Shown here piece after piece: positions 1-12,195 of a DNA stretch of 64,000 nucleotides. The notes beneath the pieces are model-generated. The model made no database searches, was not told the origin of the DNA, and was given only the letters and a program-made list of their open reading frames with translations. Position 1 is the first letter of the stretch, and every line of letters begins with the position of its first letter. Source of the stretch: Balanoglossus misakiensis (lineage: Eukaryota; Animalia; Hemichordata); assembly GCA_040954595.2 (NCBI GenBank), contig CM082579.2:15848550-15912549 (forward strand), written 5' to 3'. The translations under genes and the position numbers were made by a program.

Positions 1-575
1 ATTGTGAAACAAAAAACTGCACCAAATTTGAACAAAATTTGCTCAGGCATGCAGCAGCAATGGAATCGGTGACTGAAGTAGGGAAGATGGGGAGTCTATG
101 AGGTTTGAGGATAGTCTCCTCAAGCATATAGTCATCTTAACAAGGTAGTGGAAAAATGGGTAGTATTAACAGTCTTTTTATCTCATGACACGGTACAGCG
201 TAGGTATTCCTAAGAAAAATTGTGATGTCATTTGTCATATGTGGATAGAGGGCGCTGCGCATGGTCGACAAGTTCAGCAACATCGTCTCTTGGTACGAGC
301 CAAAAATCACTCCTTAGTTGGAACTTTTTTTCATCACCGGTCAATGTGTCGATTTTTGAAGGCGTGGACTATTAGCTGGCAACGGATTTTTGCGGAAGAT
401 TGCTGTAACTTTTTGTCAAAAGTGAGTTTTCATTTTTATCTATCAAGTCGAAGCCAGCACACAGAATCCTGCCATTAGTTCCAGTCGATCTCATTATGCA
501 TGCAAAATAGTACTGGAATTCTGCTCCTTTGTTTAAAACCCACGTTGTGTAATCGAACACCTGTGCTCATTCACG

Positions 576-1388
576 ATGCCGAGAAGAAAAGACCAAACAC
601 CATATGGATCATCAGACTCTTGCCAATCAACACCTCCAGCTGGCACACCACAATCAATAGAAAACCGGCTTGCTGAAATCTGTTCACATGTAAATCACAT
701 ACCGGCACTATTGATCAGTATTGCTGAGCTCAAAGAAAGCCAAAGCACAATAAATTCGTCACTTTAGTTCTTCAACGGACTTGTAGAGGAAGTACGTGGA
801 CGAGTTTCTACTTTGGAGCTTGAAAATAAAGAAGTCAAAGAAACGAATGCACAGCTTTTCACTCGCATCACAGAGCTCGAGAAATCTATGGAAAGTATGA
901 ATCAGTACAATAGACGTGAAAACATTGAACTTCATGGAATTCCTGAAAGTGCAGATGATGGAGAAAATACAGATGCAATCGTAACAAGAGTGCTAAAAAA
1001 GATCGATCCAGGTATCAGTGACCACGACATTGTGATTACCCACAGATTAGGTCAAAAGCATACAGGTGACAATGCTGCACCTACTTTCCCAAGACCAATC
1101 ATTGTGCGATTCTTAAGCAGGAAGAAACGCGACTATATCCACCGGAACAAAAAGAAGCTAGCGACCATTACAACTGGAGATATTGGATATGCCAATCGGA
1201 ACAAAATCTACGTAAATGAAAATCTAACTCCAAAAGCACGCAAACTTTTTAAGATGACGAACGTGAAGCGCAAATCAGCACGCTATAAGTATGCGTGGAC
1301 GCGGAACGGTGAAGTTCTTGTGAAGAAAAGTGAGCAGTCACCTGTACTAGTGATAAGGAATGAGCTGGACCTTGCCAAGATTGTATAA
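576..1388 (+). pseudogene. LINE ORF1 (coiled coil + L1-type RRM/CTD), with in-frame stop at 765-767
   Basis: ORFs 576-767 and 813-1388 are in the same frame. Motifs QYNRRENIELHGIPE, HRLG, RPIIVRF, IYVNENLT and YAWTRNG are typical of CR1/L2-group ORF1. Confidence 0.85.
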
Positions 1389-1430
1389 ACCATCTTGTAG
1401 ACATTTTCTTGGTTTCCCATATATTGCTTC

Positions 1431-4383
1431 ATGCCAAACTCAGTAAATGACATAGATGATGACATTTTCACAGTTACAAATCATATACTAGAACCGTCAA
1501 CATTTAATGATAAATTTAGCTCTAGATCCAGCCATTCTTTCTCAGTATCTCATATTAATGCAAGATCTCTCTGTAATAGTATAGACGATGTACGTCTCCT
1601 GTATAATGAATGTATCACCAGTCCTTTTCGCATTATTGGTGTTTCAGAAACCTGGCAAATCAATAATCCAACTTTTTTTAATTTGCCAAATTACTCTTTT
1701 GAGTTAAATAGCAGAAACATCGGTCGGGGTGGCGGGGTAGGGGCATATATTCATTGTTGTCTTAAATACAAACTGTTAAACTTTAATGTGGTTCATTCTG
1801 AATCACTATGGTTTGAAATATGCGGGTTAAAGAATCTCATAGTTGTCGGTGTGTTATATCGCAAACCAGGAACTAGTGTCACAGAGTTTGAAGACAGTCT
1901 TTTTAATGTTCTTTGTTCTTTGAAACTGGATAAAAAACATTGTATTCTTATGGGTGACTTTAATATTGATGTGTCAAGTCCAGATTCAAGTGCTCGGGAT
2001 TTTATACCAAGGATGCAATGTCTTCATCTAGAACAGTTAATCTCCTCCCCAACTCGTATTACAAGTACTTCCAAGTCGACCATTGATCATATTTATTCCA
2101 ATATTAGCTCTTGTCACATTGATGCTGGTACAATTATTGCTGATATTTCAGATCACTTACCTATTTTCTCTATTTTCAACAATTTCAATGTCCACACGCC
2201 ATTTGTACGGTCAGTTTGTACAAGGAATTTCAGGCGCTATAACTCTGCTCGTTTTATTTCTGATTTAATTAATGTTAACTGGAACGTTGTTATGCATAAC
2301 AATAGCTGTGTAAACACTGCTTTTGACACCTTCAGCAATTTGTTCAGCCAGGTGTGTGACCATCATGCCCCACTTGAGGTTAAAACTATTAAGGCCAAGT
2401 GTAACAAAAATCCCTGGATTACCAAAGCTATTAAGAAGTCAATTCGCACCAAACGCAAACTATATGCTAAAGTTGTCACCACACAACATGAACCAAGTGC
2501 TGTTGCTCGCTACACAACCTACAGAAATATTCTTACAAGTGTTTTAAGAAAAGCCAAAAGGGTGTATTTTGCTAATTTATTCACTGTAAACAACAATGGT
2601 AAAGTGTGGAATGTTGTAAATGAGTTGCTTGGTAAAAACACTACTTTAGATAAAGCACCAGATCAGTTAAAGGTCAATGTAAATGGGATTGAAAGGTTGG
2701 TAGATAAGCCAGCTGATATGGCTAAGTGTTTTAATGACTTCTTTGTACATGTGGGTCAAAATCTGGCAAAACACATTCCAAAAACCACAAAAGATTTTAA
2801 AAATTATATGAATGATCCTATGCCAAACTCTTTTTTTCTCCATCCTGTTACGGTTGCTGAGATAAAAGAGATTTTGGTGCATCTTGACAGTAAAAAGGCC
2901 AGTGGGTGGGATAATATTCCTCCAAGACTCCTAATTGATGCAGCTGATGTTATTGCTCAACCTTTGACCCACATCATAAATATGTCTTTCTGTACCGGTG
3001 TCTTCCCTAATTCCTTAAAAGTCGCTAAGGTTAAACCTATCTTCAAGAAAGGAGAACAGAACATTGCTGGGAACTACAGACCCATCGCCATTTTATCAAT
3101 GTTCAGTAAAGTGATAGAAAAAGTGGTAAACAAACAAGTGATTACTTACCTTGATAAATATAATATATTATATAAGCACCAGTATGGCTTTAGAAAGAAC
3201 CATAGCACCAAGCACACTTTGATTAACTTAGTTAACCACTTGTTAAAAGAAATTGATAAGGGGAATTCCACACTGGGGGTGTTTATTGACTTCAGCAAAG
3301 CTTTCGATACCATTCACCATGCCACTTTATTGTCCAAGCTTGAACATTACGGGTTTAGGGGCCCCTGCCAGCATTGGTTTAACAGCTACCTCACAGACCG
3401 CTCACAGTATGTCACATTAACCAGTCATGTTTCAGAAAAGTCCTTGATCCACAATGGAGTCCCACAGGGATCAGTTTTGGGCCCAACCCTTTTCCTTATT
3501 TATATCAATGACCTTCCAAATTCTTCTACATTTTTTGATTTCCGTTTATTTGCTGACGACTCCAATCTCTTCCATTCCTTCTCAGGTGCAGATAGTATTA
3601 ACTTGACTCATATATCCTCTTATTTAAATGATGTTCAGCAATGGTGCAATGCCAACAAACTAACAATTAATAGGGCCAAGACTCACTTTATTATTTTTAG
3701 GGGTCGGCAGAAAAAAACTTAATGTTCTTGGGTCATTGCAAATCCAGAATGAAGAAATCAAAGAGGTTGATGTGATACCATTTGTTGGGGTTTTATTGGA
3801 TAAGCATCTGTCATGGTCACATCAAATTAACAAAATAAATAATCTCATTAGGAAGCACTGTGGAATTTTATACAAGATTAGAAATATTTTACCACTCCAT
3901 ATCAGAATTTTGTATTACAACGCCTTCATACTCCCCCATGTTACATATGGTCTTGAGGTTTGGGGCAATACTTACCCCACAAAGTTACGTTGTATCCAAG
4001 TTGCCCAAAAAACAATTGTACGTATAATGCTTTTCAAATCACACATGGACCATTCTTCTCCTCTCTTTAATCAACTGAATATTTTGGATATTACCAAGCT
4101 TCACAGTTATTTACTAGGTTCCTTCATTTATTATTTATATCACCAGAAATCTCCACATTCACTTTCAGATTATTTTAACACAACAAGTCATGAGCAGAAT
4201 ACCAGAATTTGGTTACATCGCTATCTACGCCCGTTCCATGCCAAAACAAACTCAGGCCAGTTCTCGATATCACATACTGGAGCAAAAATCTGGAACGATA
4301 TTCCTCCACAAATTAAGTCTTCAAATACTTTATGCCAATTTCGTAGGACATTTAAACAACACCTCTTAAACCAGTACAAATGA
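1431..4383 (+). pseudogene. LINE ORF2 apurinic endonuclease + reverse transcriptase, frameshifted near 3711-3722
   Basis: APE motifs HINARS, SETW, GDFN, SDH; RT motifs YRPI, QYGFR, DFSKAFD, GVPQGS, FADD. C-terminal part continues in another frame (3736-4383, ending FRRTFKQHLL) after an A-run. Confidence 0.93.
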
Positions 4384-4714
4384 ATTTGTAATTTTCTTGA
4401 TGTAGTATGATGCTGTTTTGTTTGTTTGTTTGTGATTGTTGTTCCTTTCTTTTTTCCATTACCATTTGCAATGGATAACTTTACACTGTTGTAGTGAGAT
4501 CGTACTTGAATCACGCTTCAAGCGTTCCCTCAACATTATCTTTTTTTTTCTGTAACCAAGCAAGCTATATTGTAGGAGTACAGGCTAGACTAGCTGTGGC
4601 TATTTCCTGACTCCATATTTACCCACCATTTGTATTTTTACCTATCATATGTACCCTTTAATTAATGGGTAAATAAAACATTATTATTATTATTATTATT
4701 ATTATATAACTGAC

Positions 4715-5914
4715 CTGGTTAGCAGTTGAAGGACCATACCAAAAGCTGTTGTCAGCAAAAGCATCATCACCATCTGTCCTCAACATGGCTTGAGCAGTCA
4801 TTATCACTCCTGTTTCTGTGCCATGATCTGCTCGCAAGATCCTGGGGCAACCTGCAAACAAATTAGGATTGACATTGGCAGCTCTTACAGTTAAAATGTT
4901 AACCCCCCCCCAAAAAAAAAAAAAAAAAAATTGTACACACTAGATTTAATTTTTAAGAAAGATTTTCATTCCAAATGCTTTACTGCCTACACGTAGTTTC
5001 AATGTTTTTCAACACAGCCTGGATATGTGAAGATCATTACAATGTTGCCACAGGAAATATTGGGTACAAGACTAATATGAGCATGCAATGGATAATTGTC
5101 ATTGATTAGTGGTTGGCTAAATTTATCGCCTTTACCCAGTTCAGAAATGTCAATAAAACAAATTTTGTCAAAATGATATGTTTAACAACCTTGAGTGAAT
5201 GTGTCTATTACCTTTCAGCTTCTCAACTGTGTCTATGAAATAGGAAGCAACTTTGCTTGGATCATTGTTTGATGCACCAACTTTCAACCACAACACCCTT
5301 CGCGAAAATCTATAGAAAACAAAGTTATTATTAATTTTCAAATTAAAAAAGGAATAAGTAAATTTCATTGCATAAACATATTTCCACAGAATTGTTACTA
5401 AATGTGCTTCATTAATCTTAGCTTTCATCAATATTGTGATTCTCAAAAAACCAATGGTGTTACAATGGGTCTCCAGCATTCCTCAGAAAGGTTTGTATAG
5501 ATGATAAGTTGATAGAACTTACCCATCGATGCAACCATGAATGGCAAATCCATATGGAGATAGTTTATCATACCCATCTAAAAAAAAAAATCAAAACACA
5601 ATGTCATACATGCCTAAATGTAGGGATAAACTGTTAATGCCATCTTGAAAATTTGCAGTGCATTATGGGTCAATTGAGTTCCGGTTGGGGGGAGTAGCGT
5701 CTACAACCTATCCATTTCCAGCGGTTTAGTCAGATTTTCTTCATGTAACTACTACTACTAACGTTACTTGAAGAAAATCTGACAAAACTGCTGGAAAATT
5801 GGATAGGTTGTAGACGCTACTCCCCCCCCCCAACTGGGACTCAATTGACCGATAATGCACTGCAAATTTTCAAGATGGCGTTAACACAGTTTATCCCTAT
5901 ATTTAGGCATGTAT

Positions 5915-5975
<61 letters not shown>

Positions 5976-8900
5976 CGATTTGGGAGTTCGTTGCAAGTAC
6001 TGCTGGCAGAGTGCTCGATGGTGTAAATCCAGAGCTTGATAGTAGAGTGTGCAAGGGAACTAAGGCTGTTTTGACATAGGCGGTGTATTACTGTTCAGTT
6101 TCGTGTAAGCGGGGCCTACACTCGTCAGACACTGATGCCTGAATGATGGTGAAGGGTGTGGACAACAGGGAATTGGGTAGGGTGGATATGCAAATGGGCC
6201 TACATTTGAATGGGAGTGTGTATTGATTGGGGCTGTGTGGAGGGGTGCTGATTGGCCAGATTCTTCAGGAGGAATTTGCTAGAGTGGCGGCATGTGCTGA
6301 CGAGTTCGTTACGTTTGTTGAGTGTGGCTAGTTTTGGTTTGCATATGATGAAATATTTTTCCCAAAGACATAGGTTGCATCTGTTGCTGGTGGGGGTATA
6401 GGGGCTAGCTTGTTTTATTGTTTTCCATGTGATTTTGTGTTCTATGTGCTCGTCCTTTAGTTTCCAAATGTATTTACTGAGTTCTGTACTGTTCTTTTTG
6501 GCGGCGTTCCTGAATGAGTCCTTGTGGTTGTTGAAGCGGGTCTTGAAGGTGTTGGCAGTTAGTCCGACGTAGGTTTGGTCTGGCTTGCTATCCTGCGTAG
6601 TAACGGTGGCTTGGTATACAATTGATTCGGTCAGGCAGTGTCCTGACATTGGGCAGTTTGCAGGTGACCGGCAGTTGCATTGTTTTTTAGTGCTGTTGTC
6701 GTTGTTGCTGGAAAGTACCGATTTGTTGTGATTCTGGATGGTTTGTGCTGTGTTGCTCATGGTGCTGTAGCTTATTTATACTGTGTTCCGGTTGAATATC
6801 TTGTGGAGGGTGTGGCTTGGTGGGAATTCTTCGTTAATTATTTTGAGGAACTCTCTCCCTATATGTGTGGCGACGTTTTTACTGTACGGTGGGGTGTACC
6901 ATATTATGTTCCTGCTGCGGTTTCTCTTGTGGGCTTGTGGTTGTTCTGTTGGCGGCATGAATTTCAGTTCATGTTTGTATCCGCTTTTGTAGATGGCCTG
7001 TTGGTATAGTGGTGCGGCCGTGTTGAAGCATTCGTCGTCATATGAAATTTCTGAGAGTCGCTTGTTGATGGATTCTGGTATGTTTTTGAGGATTCCTGGT
7101 GGGTGGTTTGATTTGCTGTGGACGTATTGCGGTATGTTGTTGGGTTTCGTGTAGGGCTGGTATTTTCCGGTGGTTAGGTTCAGGGTGGTGTCGAGAAAGT
7201 TCACAATTTTTTTGTTGGCTTCGATTGTGATTTTCAGTCCATATTGGTTGAAGATGGCGCAGAGGTCTTTCTTTTTGCGTTCCACTTGTCGTGCTGACGC
7301 CTTGATTATACCGAGGCCGTCGTCCCTGTATAGGCCAAATTGGTTGCCGTGTTTTTTGGTGATCTCGTGGAGTATGAATGTGCCGACAAGCTCGCATGTT
7401 TCGGCGCCATCGTAGCTCCCCATGGTTACGTCAAATAGGTTGGATGATGAGTTTTTCGTCCATTGTTCATTTTCGTTGAAGAGGCATGATCTCTTGGCAT
7501 GGGTGATAATTTCTTTTTCGTCATTGGTGATATTATCATGGTTGGATGCAAATTCCAGCGCTGTGTTGAGCAGGTCGGCCGAGATGGATGGGTAAAAGTC
7601 TACCACATCGAATGCAATGAATGAATATTGGTGCTTGTTGGGGATGCTATTAAACCATTTTAGAACTGCTTTGGTGCTCTTCCATTGGTTGAGACCTGTC
7701 TTTGTGATGACTTTCTTGTTGATTCTGTCTAGTATTTGTTTGCTGATTTTTCCGATTTCTGATTTTGCTGGGTTGATGAGACGGCATGTAGGCTTGTTTT
7801 TGAAGTTGGGCTTATGGTCTTTCAGGGTTATGAATGCTTCCCTTTTGGCTGTGGTGTTGATTCTGTCACCAAGGTCTAGTTTTGCTGCAATGTGGGCGGC
7901 GTCGGTTTCGATCATTTTGGTGGTTTCCGGGGGGACCTTCTTATATGACTTAGTAATGTTCTTGCTTAGTAAGGTATTGTAGGAAGGGGGGTCCATCTTG
8001 TAAAAGTTGTTGGATTTGTCTGCTGGTACGAGGAGGTCCTGGGATTTCTTGATTTTGCTAACATCTGATGCTAGTTGTCTTTGGAAGCGGCAGTTAATAT
8101 TTTGAAATTTTATGTTTTCGATCATGTTCAGCAGCCTGCCTTCAAAGCTTACCAATTCTTGAATTTGCGGTGGTGTCTTTTTTGAGTTGAATCCGTATGT
8201 TTCTTTGTTTATGGCACGTGTTTCTGGGTTTAGAAAGAAGTAGGCTTTCCATCACATGCGTCTGCATAGGTGCTCGGTTTTTTCTATCAGTTTCCTGTTG
8301 TACTCACGTTCTGATGGTAGTCCGATGTTCTTCGTTGAATAGTCAAAACTTCTGGGTTCCATGACAGTGGTATTTGCGAAGAGTGCTCGACACATGGGAG
8401 CGTAGTAATACGATTTGGGAGTTCGTTGCACGACGAATGCTTCAACACGGCCGCACCACTATACCAACAGGCCATCTACAAAAGCGGATACAAACATGAA
8501 CTGAAATTCACGCCGCCAACAGAACAACCACAAGCCCACAAGAGAAACCGCAGCAGGAACATAATATGGTACACCCAACCGTACAGTAAAAACGTCGCCA
8601 CACATATCGGGAGAGAGTTCCTCAAAATAATTAACGAAGAATTCCCACCAAGCCACACCCTCCACAAGATATTCAACCGGAACACAGTATAAATAAGCTA
8701 CAGCACCATGAGCAACACAGCACAAACCATCCAGAATCACAACAAATCGGTACTTTCCAGCAACAACGACAACAGCACTAAAAATCAATGCAACTGCCGG
8801 TCACCTGCAAACTGCCCAATGTCAGGACACTGCCTGACCGAATCAATTGTATACCAAGCCACCGTTACTACGCAGGATAGCAAGCCAGACCAAACCTACG

Positions 8901-9423
8901 TCGGACTAACTGCCAACACCTTCAAGACCCGCTTCAACAACCACAAGGACTCATTCAGGAACGCCGCCAAAAAGAACAGTACAGAACTCAGTAAATACAT
9001 TTGGAAACTAAAGGACGAGCACATAGAACACAAAATCACATGGAAAACAATAAAACAAGCTAGCCCCTATACCCCCACCACCAACAGATGCAACCTATGT
9101 CTTTGGGAAAAATATTTCATCATATGCAAACCAAAACTAGCCACACTCAACAAACGTAACGAACTCGTCAGCACATGCCGCCACTCCAGCAAATTCCTCC
9201 TGAAGAATCTGGCCAATCAGCACCCCTCCACACAGCCCCAATCAATACACACTCCCATTCAAATGTAGGCCCATTTGCATATCCACCCTTCCCAATTCCC
9301 TGTTGTCCACACCCTTCACCATCATTCAGGCATCAGTATCTGACGAGTGTAGGCCCCGCTTACACGAAACTGAACAGTAATACACCGCCTATGTCAAAAC
9401 AGCCTTAGTTCCCTTGCACACTC

Positions 9424-9495
<72 letters not shown>

Positions 9496-11628
9496 TAGTG
9501 GACAACAAAGGGACCGAAGAACTGTTTTGTTTGCAAAGGTAATTAGTTCATAGAGTTTATTTTAACTTGTGGTTCTGTGTCAAAGGGACTGAAAAATTTG
9601 TTTGGTAAAGACAGGTGTCCATGTTCAGAAGGTCCGGTTTAGACTGTACAATAAGTTAATTTGCTTACCAATGTGCCATACATAATTTGGTCCTTTACAT
9701 CTGTACTCACGCCGTATTAACCGGCGATGCAGGCGTCGTTGAACGTTTATTGGATCCAGGATCCTAAGAAGTTTTCGTACAGTCTCCCTACAAAAAAAGA
9801 AATCTATTTATTACATATTTTAATAAAATAAGAATAATCTGCAATTTAATTGAAATGAGATTTGTAATAAATCTGGGCCAAAGTTTTTATTCAATGAGTG
9901 AAATAGATTTGACATTTGCACTTCAACTTTAGATTAGCAGGGAGAATTAGGAAACAAGTCCATCACCTGTTATTTTCTTGCCAAGGGAGCTTATTCAAAT
10001 AGCATTTCCCTTACATCAATCAGCCATTTCAAATAAAAGACCCTTGTTGATGATATCAATGAACACTTATGTTTGCATTATTGTTTTTATCATTCCAGTA
10101 TTACAAAATTTTTTTTTTTACCTTTTAACCATCAATTGGTGCTTAGTTCTCAGGATAGCTAGCATTTCATTTGCTCCAACAATGCAGCCAGACCCTGTAT
10201 TCAGTTCTGTCTGTAAATGAATAAAGGAAAGGATGGTTGGATAGATTGATAGATGTGTGAACAAATGAATGAACACATTCAATATTAGAATAGCTGACAT
10301 TCACAGTTGAAAAAATTAGTTAATAAAATGTAACATAAATCGAATACTTTTGAAATTGCTTCTAATCCATGCAAGTGGTAGAACACAAACAACTGACATA
10401 AATGAATTAATTTCCTAGCAACAATGTCCCTCGCATATCTGCCCAAATGACAAAAGGGTGACCAGGAAAATGGAGTTCTTCTGCAAGATGTTCAGAATTT
10501 GATTTTAATTTGTTATACTGAATGTGTGCAATTAAGTCAGACTTGGGAAGTGGTGTCACTAATTAAATGTAGGTTAGGGTAAAGAGCTTAACATACAAGC
10601 ACAGCAGAAACAATGTCATCAAAAGATGACTGTGCTCTTCTCCCTTTTCGATAGAGTCCAAGGTGATGGAGGAATTTGCGCTTGAAGTATGAAAACCTAC
10701 AGAGTCAAAATAAAGTGAGAGTGAGTTGTACACTAAAGGGATAACATAAAAGGAAGAGACTGGTCATTACACAATTTCCAAGTAACAGATAATAAAATAA
10801 TGTAAGTTTACCACTCAAAAGTAAAGTTATTATGTTTTTAATGCTGTTTACCTCAAACGGAATCCATGTTGTTTTACCATTACATAATAAATTAATTTGT
10901 GTGTATAACCATACGAGAAATACTTCTTAATGAGTTCCCTTTGCTCTGTAAGAAAATAATATTCACAAGTGACTTGTGTAAAATTGGCAATCTAACATAA
11001 AAGGAAATTATCTATCTGTTTGCATTAAATGCAGTATTTTGGTTTCAGGTTTTAGGTGTACATGTACCCCTATTCTACAGCTTTGAAGAGCCAACCCCAT
11101 CAAGGAACCATTCTGTTTTTTATCTAAGCATTAAATAGTGGTTTCATATATCCATGTAAATGCTGTTGTTTCATAAGAATTGGCCAGTTATTGTGCTATT
11201 TCCCAATTCATTCTAATGCTAGTTTGCATAGCTAAGTGCCAGTAAACAGTTAATTTGCCAGACTTCACCAACATAATAATAATTCATTGTAGCAATCTAA
11301 CACTGAGTGGGAAATAAATGGGAATTCAATTTCAACAAAATTAATCTGATTATTGCTGAATTTTAAAAGCTGAGAATTTCATCATGTTTAAATGCTGAAC
11401 AAGAAACTGAAATAAACTGAGAACATAATAGTTGCTAGCCTGGTCTCCATACCCTGTGTGTTTTATAGATAGACTCGCACACTAGGTATGGATACCAGGC
11501 TATAGTTGAAATCTTAAGACACAGTAAAGCTTCAAATCTGATCAATGCCTTTCCTTCTTTCAATGTTTAGAAAGAACATGTAAAGTAACGTCATAAAATT
11601 CATAATGAAACTTACCTAGAGTAGCCAT
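4715..11628 (-). CDS. Spliced DDE (integrase-core, IS3EU-like) transposase, N-terminal ~235 aa; later exons not located in the window
   Basis: GT-AG exons with compatible phases: 11616-11628 (tentative), 10852-10945, 10597-10696, 10122-10210, 9669-9787, 5523-5577, 5212-5309, 4715-4851. Spliced product includes ...RRLIRREYRCKGPNYVWHIDGYDKLSPYGFAIHGCIDGFSRRVLWLKVGASNNDP...GCPRILRADHGTE...YGPSTANQ with no stops. Confidence 0.85.
5601..5919. mobile_element. Palindromic MITE / foldback element
   Basis: ATGTCATACATGCCTAAAT...ATTTAGGCATGTATGACAT; arms of about 150 bp are near-perfect inverted repeats around a short (ACT)n spacer. Confidence 0.85.
5918..5972. repeat. (TA)n microsatellite, left flank of the Penelope-like element
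   Basis: Pure TA run. Confidence 0.95.
6078..6140 (-). ncRNA. Type I minimal hammerhead ribozyme in the Penelope 3' UTR / pLTR
   Basis: AGGC-atca-GTGT CTGACGA GTGTAGG-ccccg-CTTACAC GAAA CTG-aa-CAG TA ATAC-acc-GCCT: complete CUGANGA/GAAA core, helices I-III and GUA cleavage triplet. Confidence 0.88.
6200..8362 (-). pseudogene. Penelope RT / GIY-YIG endonuclease ORF (720 codons) with stops at 8252-8254 (TGA) and 6776-6778 (TAA)
   Basis: Single frame from MEPRSFDYSTKNI: ADK, RLINP, FDVVDFYPSI, MGSYDG, LYRDD, FLD, SNHPP; GIY-YIG region IVYQA...YVGLT...RFNNH...CLWEK...LNKRNE. Confidence 0.92.
8430..9268 (+). pseudogene. Inverted duplicate of the Penelope ORF 3' end (thumb/linker + GIY-YIG), same TAA stop at 8690-8692
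   Basis: ORFs 8426-8692 and 8708-9268 are nearly identical to the C-terminal part of the - strand ORF. Confidence 0.9.
9328..9390 (+). ncRNA. Type I minimal hammerhead ribozyme (second, inverted copy)
   Basis: AGGCATCAGTAT-CTGACGA-GTGTAGGCCCCGCTTACAC-GAAA-CTGAACAG-TA-ATACACCGCCT; helix I GTAT/ATAC is fully Watson-Crick. Confidence 0.88.
9427..9493. repeat. (TA)n microsatellite, right flank of the Penelope-like element
   Basis: Pure TA run. Confidence 0.95.
11436..11502. mobile_element. Tiny hairpin MITE
   Basis: TAGCCTGGTCTCCATACC...GGTATGGATACCAGGCTA inverted ends, flanked by similar TAGTTG(C/A) sequences. Confidence 0.55.
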
Positions 11629-11917
11629 AATTCTCATCAGCAACAGTTGCCTTGGAGTAGCATGTTGATCTTATGCGCATGCTCTGTACGAACATCGGTT
11701 GACCATATGATAACAAACGTAAAAATTATAATTTGCTAATAACAATAATTTATTTAAAATATCTAAGCCTATAACGTTGAAAGACTTTTAGCTCAGTGTT
11801 CTAACAAATGCATGGGAGACCTAGCAGCAGTTCAGCATCTCGAGATTTTGCCTTGTGATTTACTCTTTGACTACAAAACCTTAACTAAAGAGGAGACCGA
11901 GAAGAAAAAGCCGCTGT

Positions 11918-12195
11918 CCAAAATCGCCGACAACTCTTTAGCTGAAACGCCAATGCGCATGTGTAGAATGCCGGTGCGACAAAACTCTCCAGAAACGCCG
12001 ATGCGGGAAAACTCTTTAGCTGAAACGCCAATGCGCATGTGTAGAATGCCGGTGCGACAAAACTCTCCAGAAACGCCGATGCGAGAAAACTCTAGCTGAA
12101 ACGCCGATGCGACAACTCTCCAGAAACGCCGATGCGACAACTCTGTAGAAACGCCGATGCGACAACTCTGTAGAAACGCCGATGCGACAACTCAT
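11918..12195. repeat. ~25-bp subterminal tandem repeat (GAAACGCCGATGCGACAACTCT core) of the IS3EU-like element
   Basis: Core recurs at 12098, 12123, 12148 and 12173; a 78-bp higher-order duplication lies at 11932/12010. Confidence 0.85.

Larger units (their letters stand above)
242..4705 (+). mobile_element. Near full-length CR1/L2-group non-LTR retrotransposon (LINE) inserted in an intron of the IS3EU-like transposase
   Basis: ORF1 plus APE-RT ORF2 followed by 3' UTR, AATAAA and an (ATT)n tail ending ~4705. The 5' boundary is approximate; no TSD was identified. Confidence 0.85.
5971..9429 (-). mobile_element. Penelope-like element (GIY-YIG, Penelope/Poseidon type) with inverted 3' copy
   Basis: RT + GIY-YIG ORF on the - strand. 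25-bp direct repeat TAATACGATTTGGGAGTTCGTTGCA at 5971-5995 and 8406-8430. 8430-9429 is an inverted copy of 6039-7038. Flanked by (TA)n on both sides. Confidence 0.92.

Noticed and set aside
9495-9648. Possible MITE remnant ending GGTTTAGACTGTA
   Set aside because: Only one putative terminus is visible; the partner TIR was not found.
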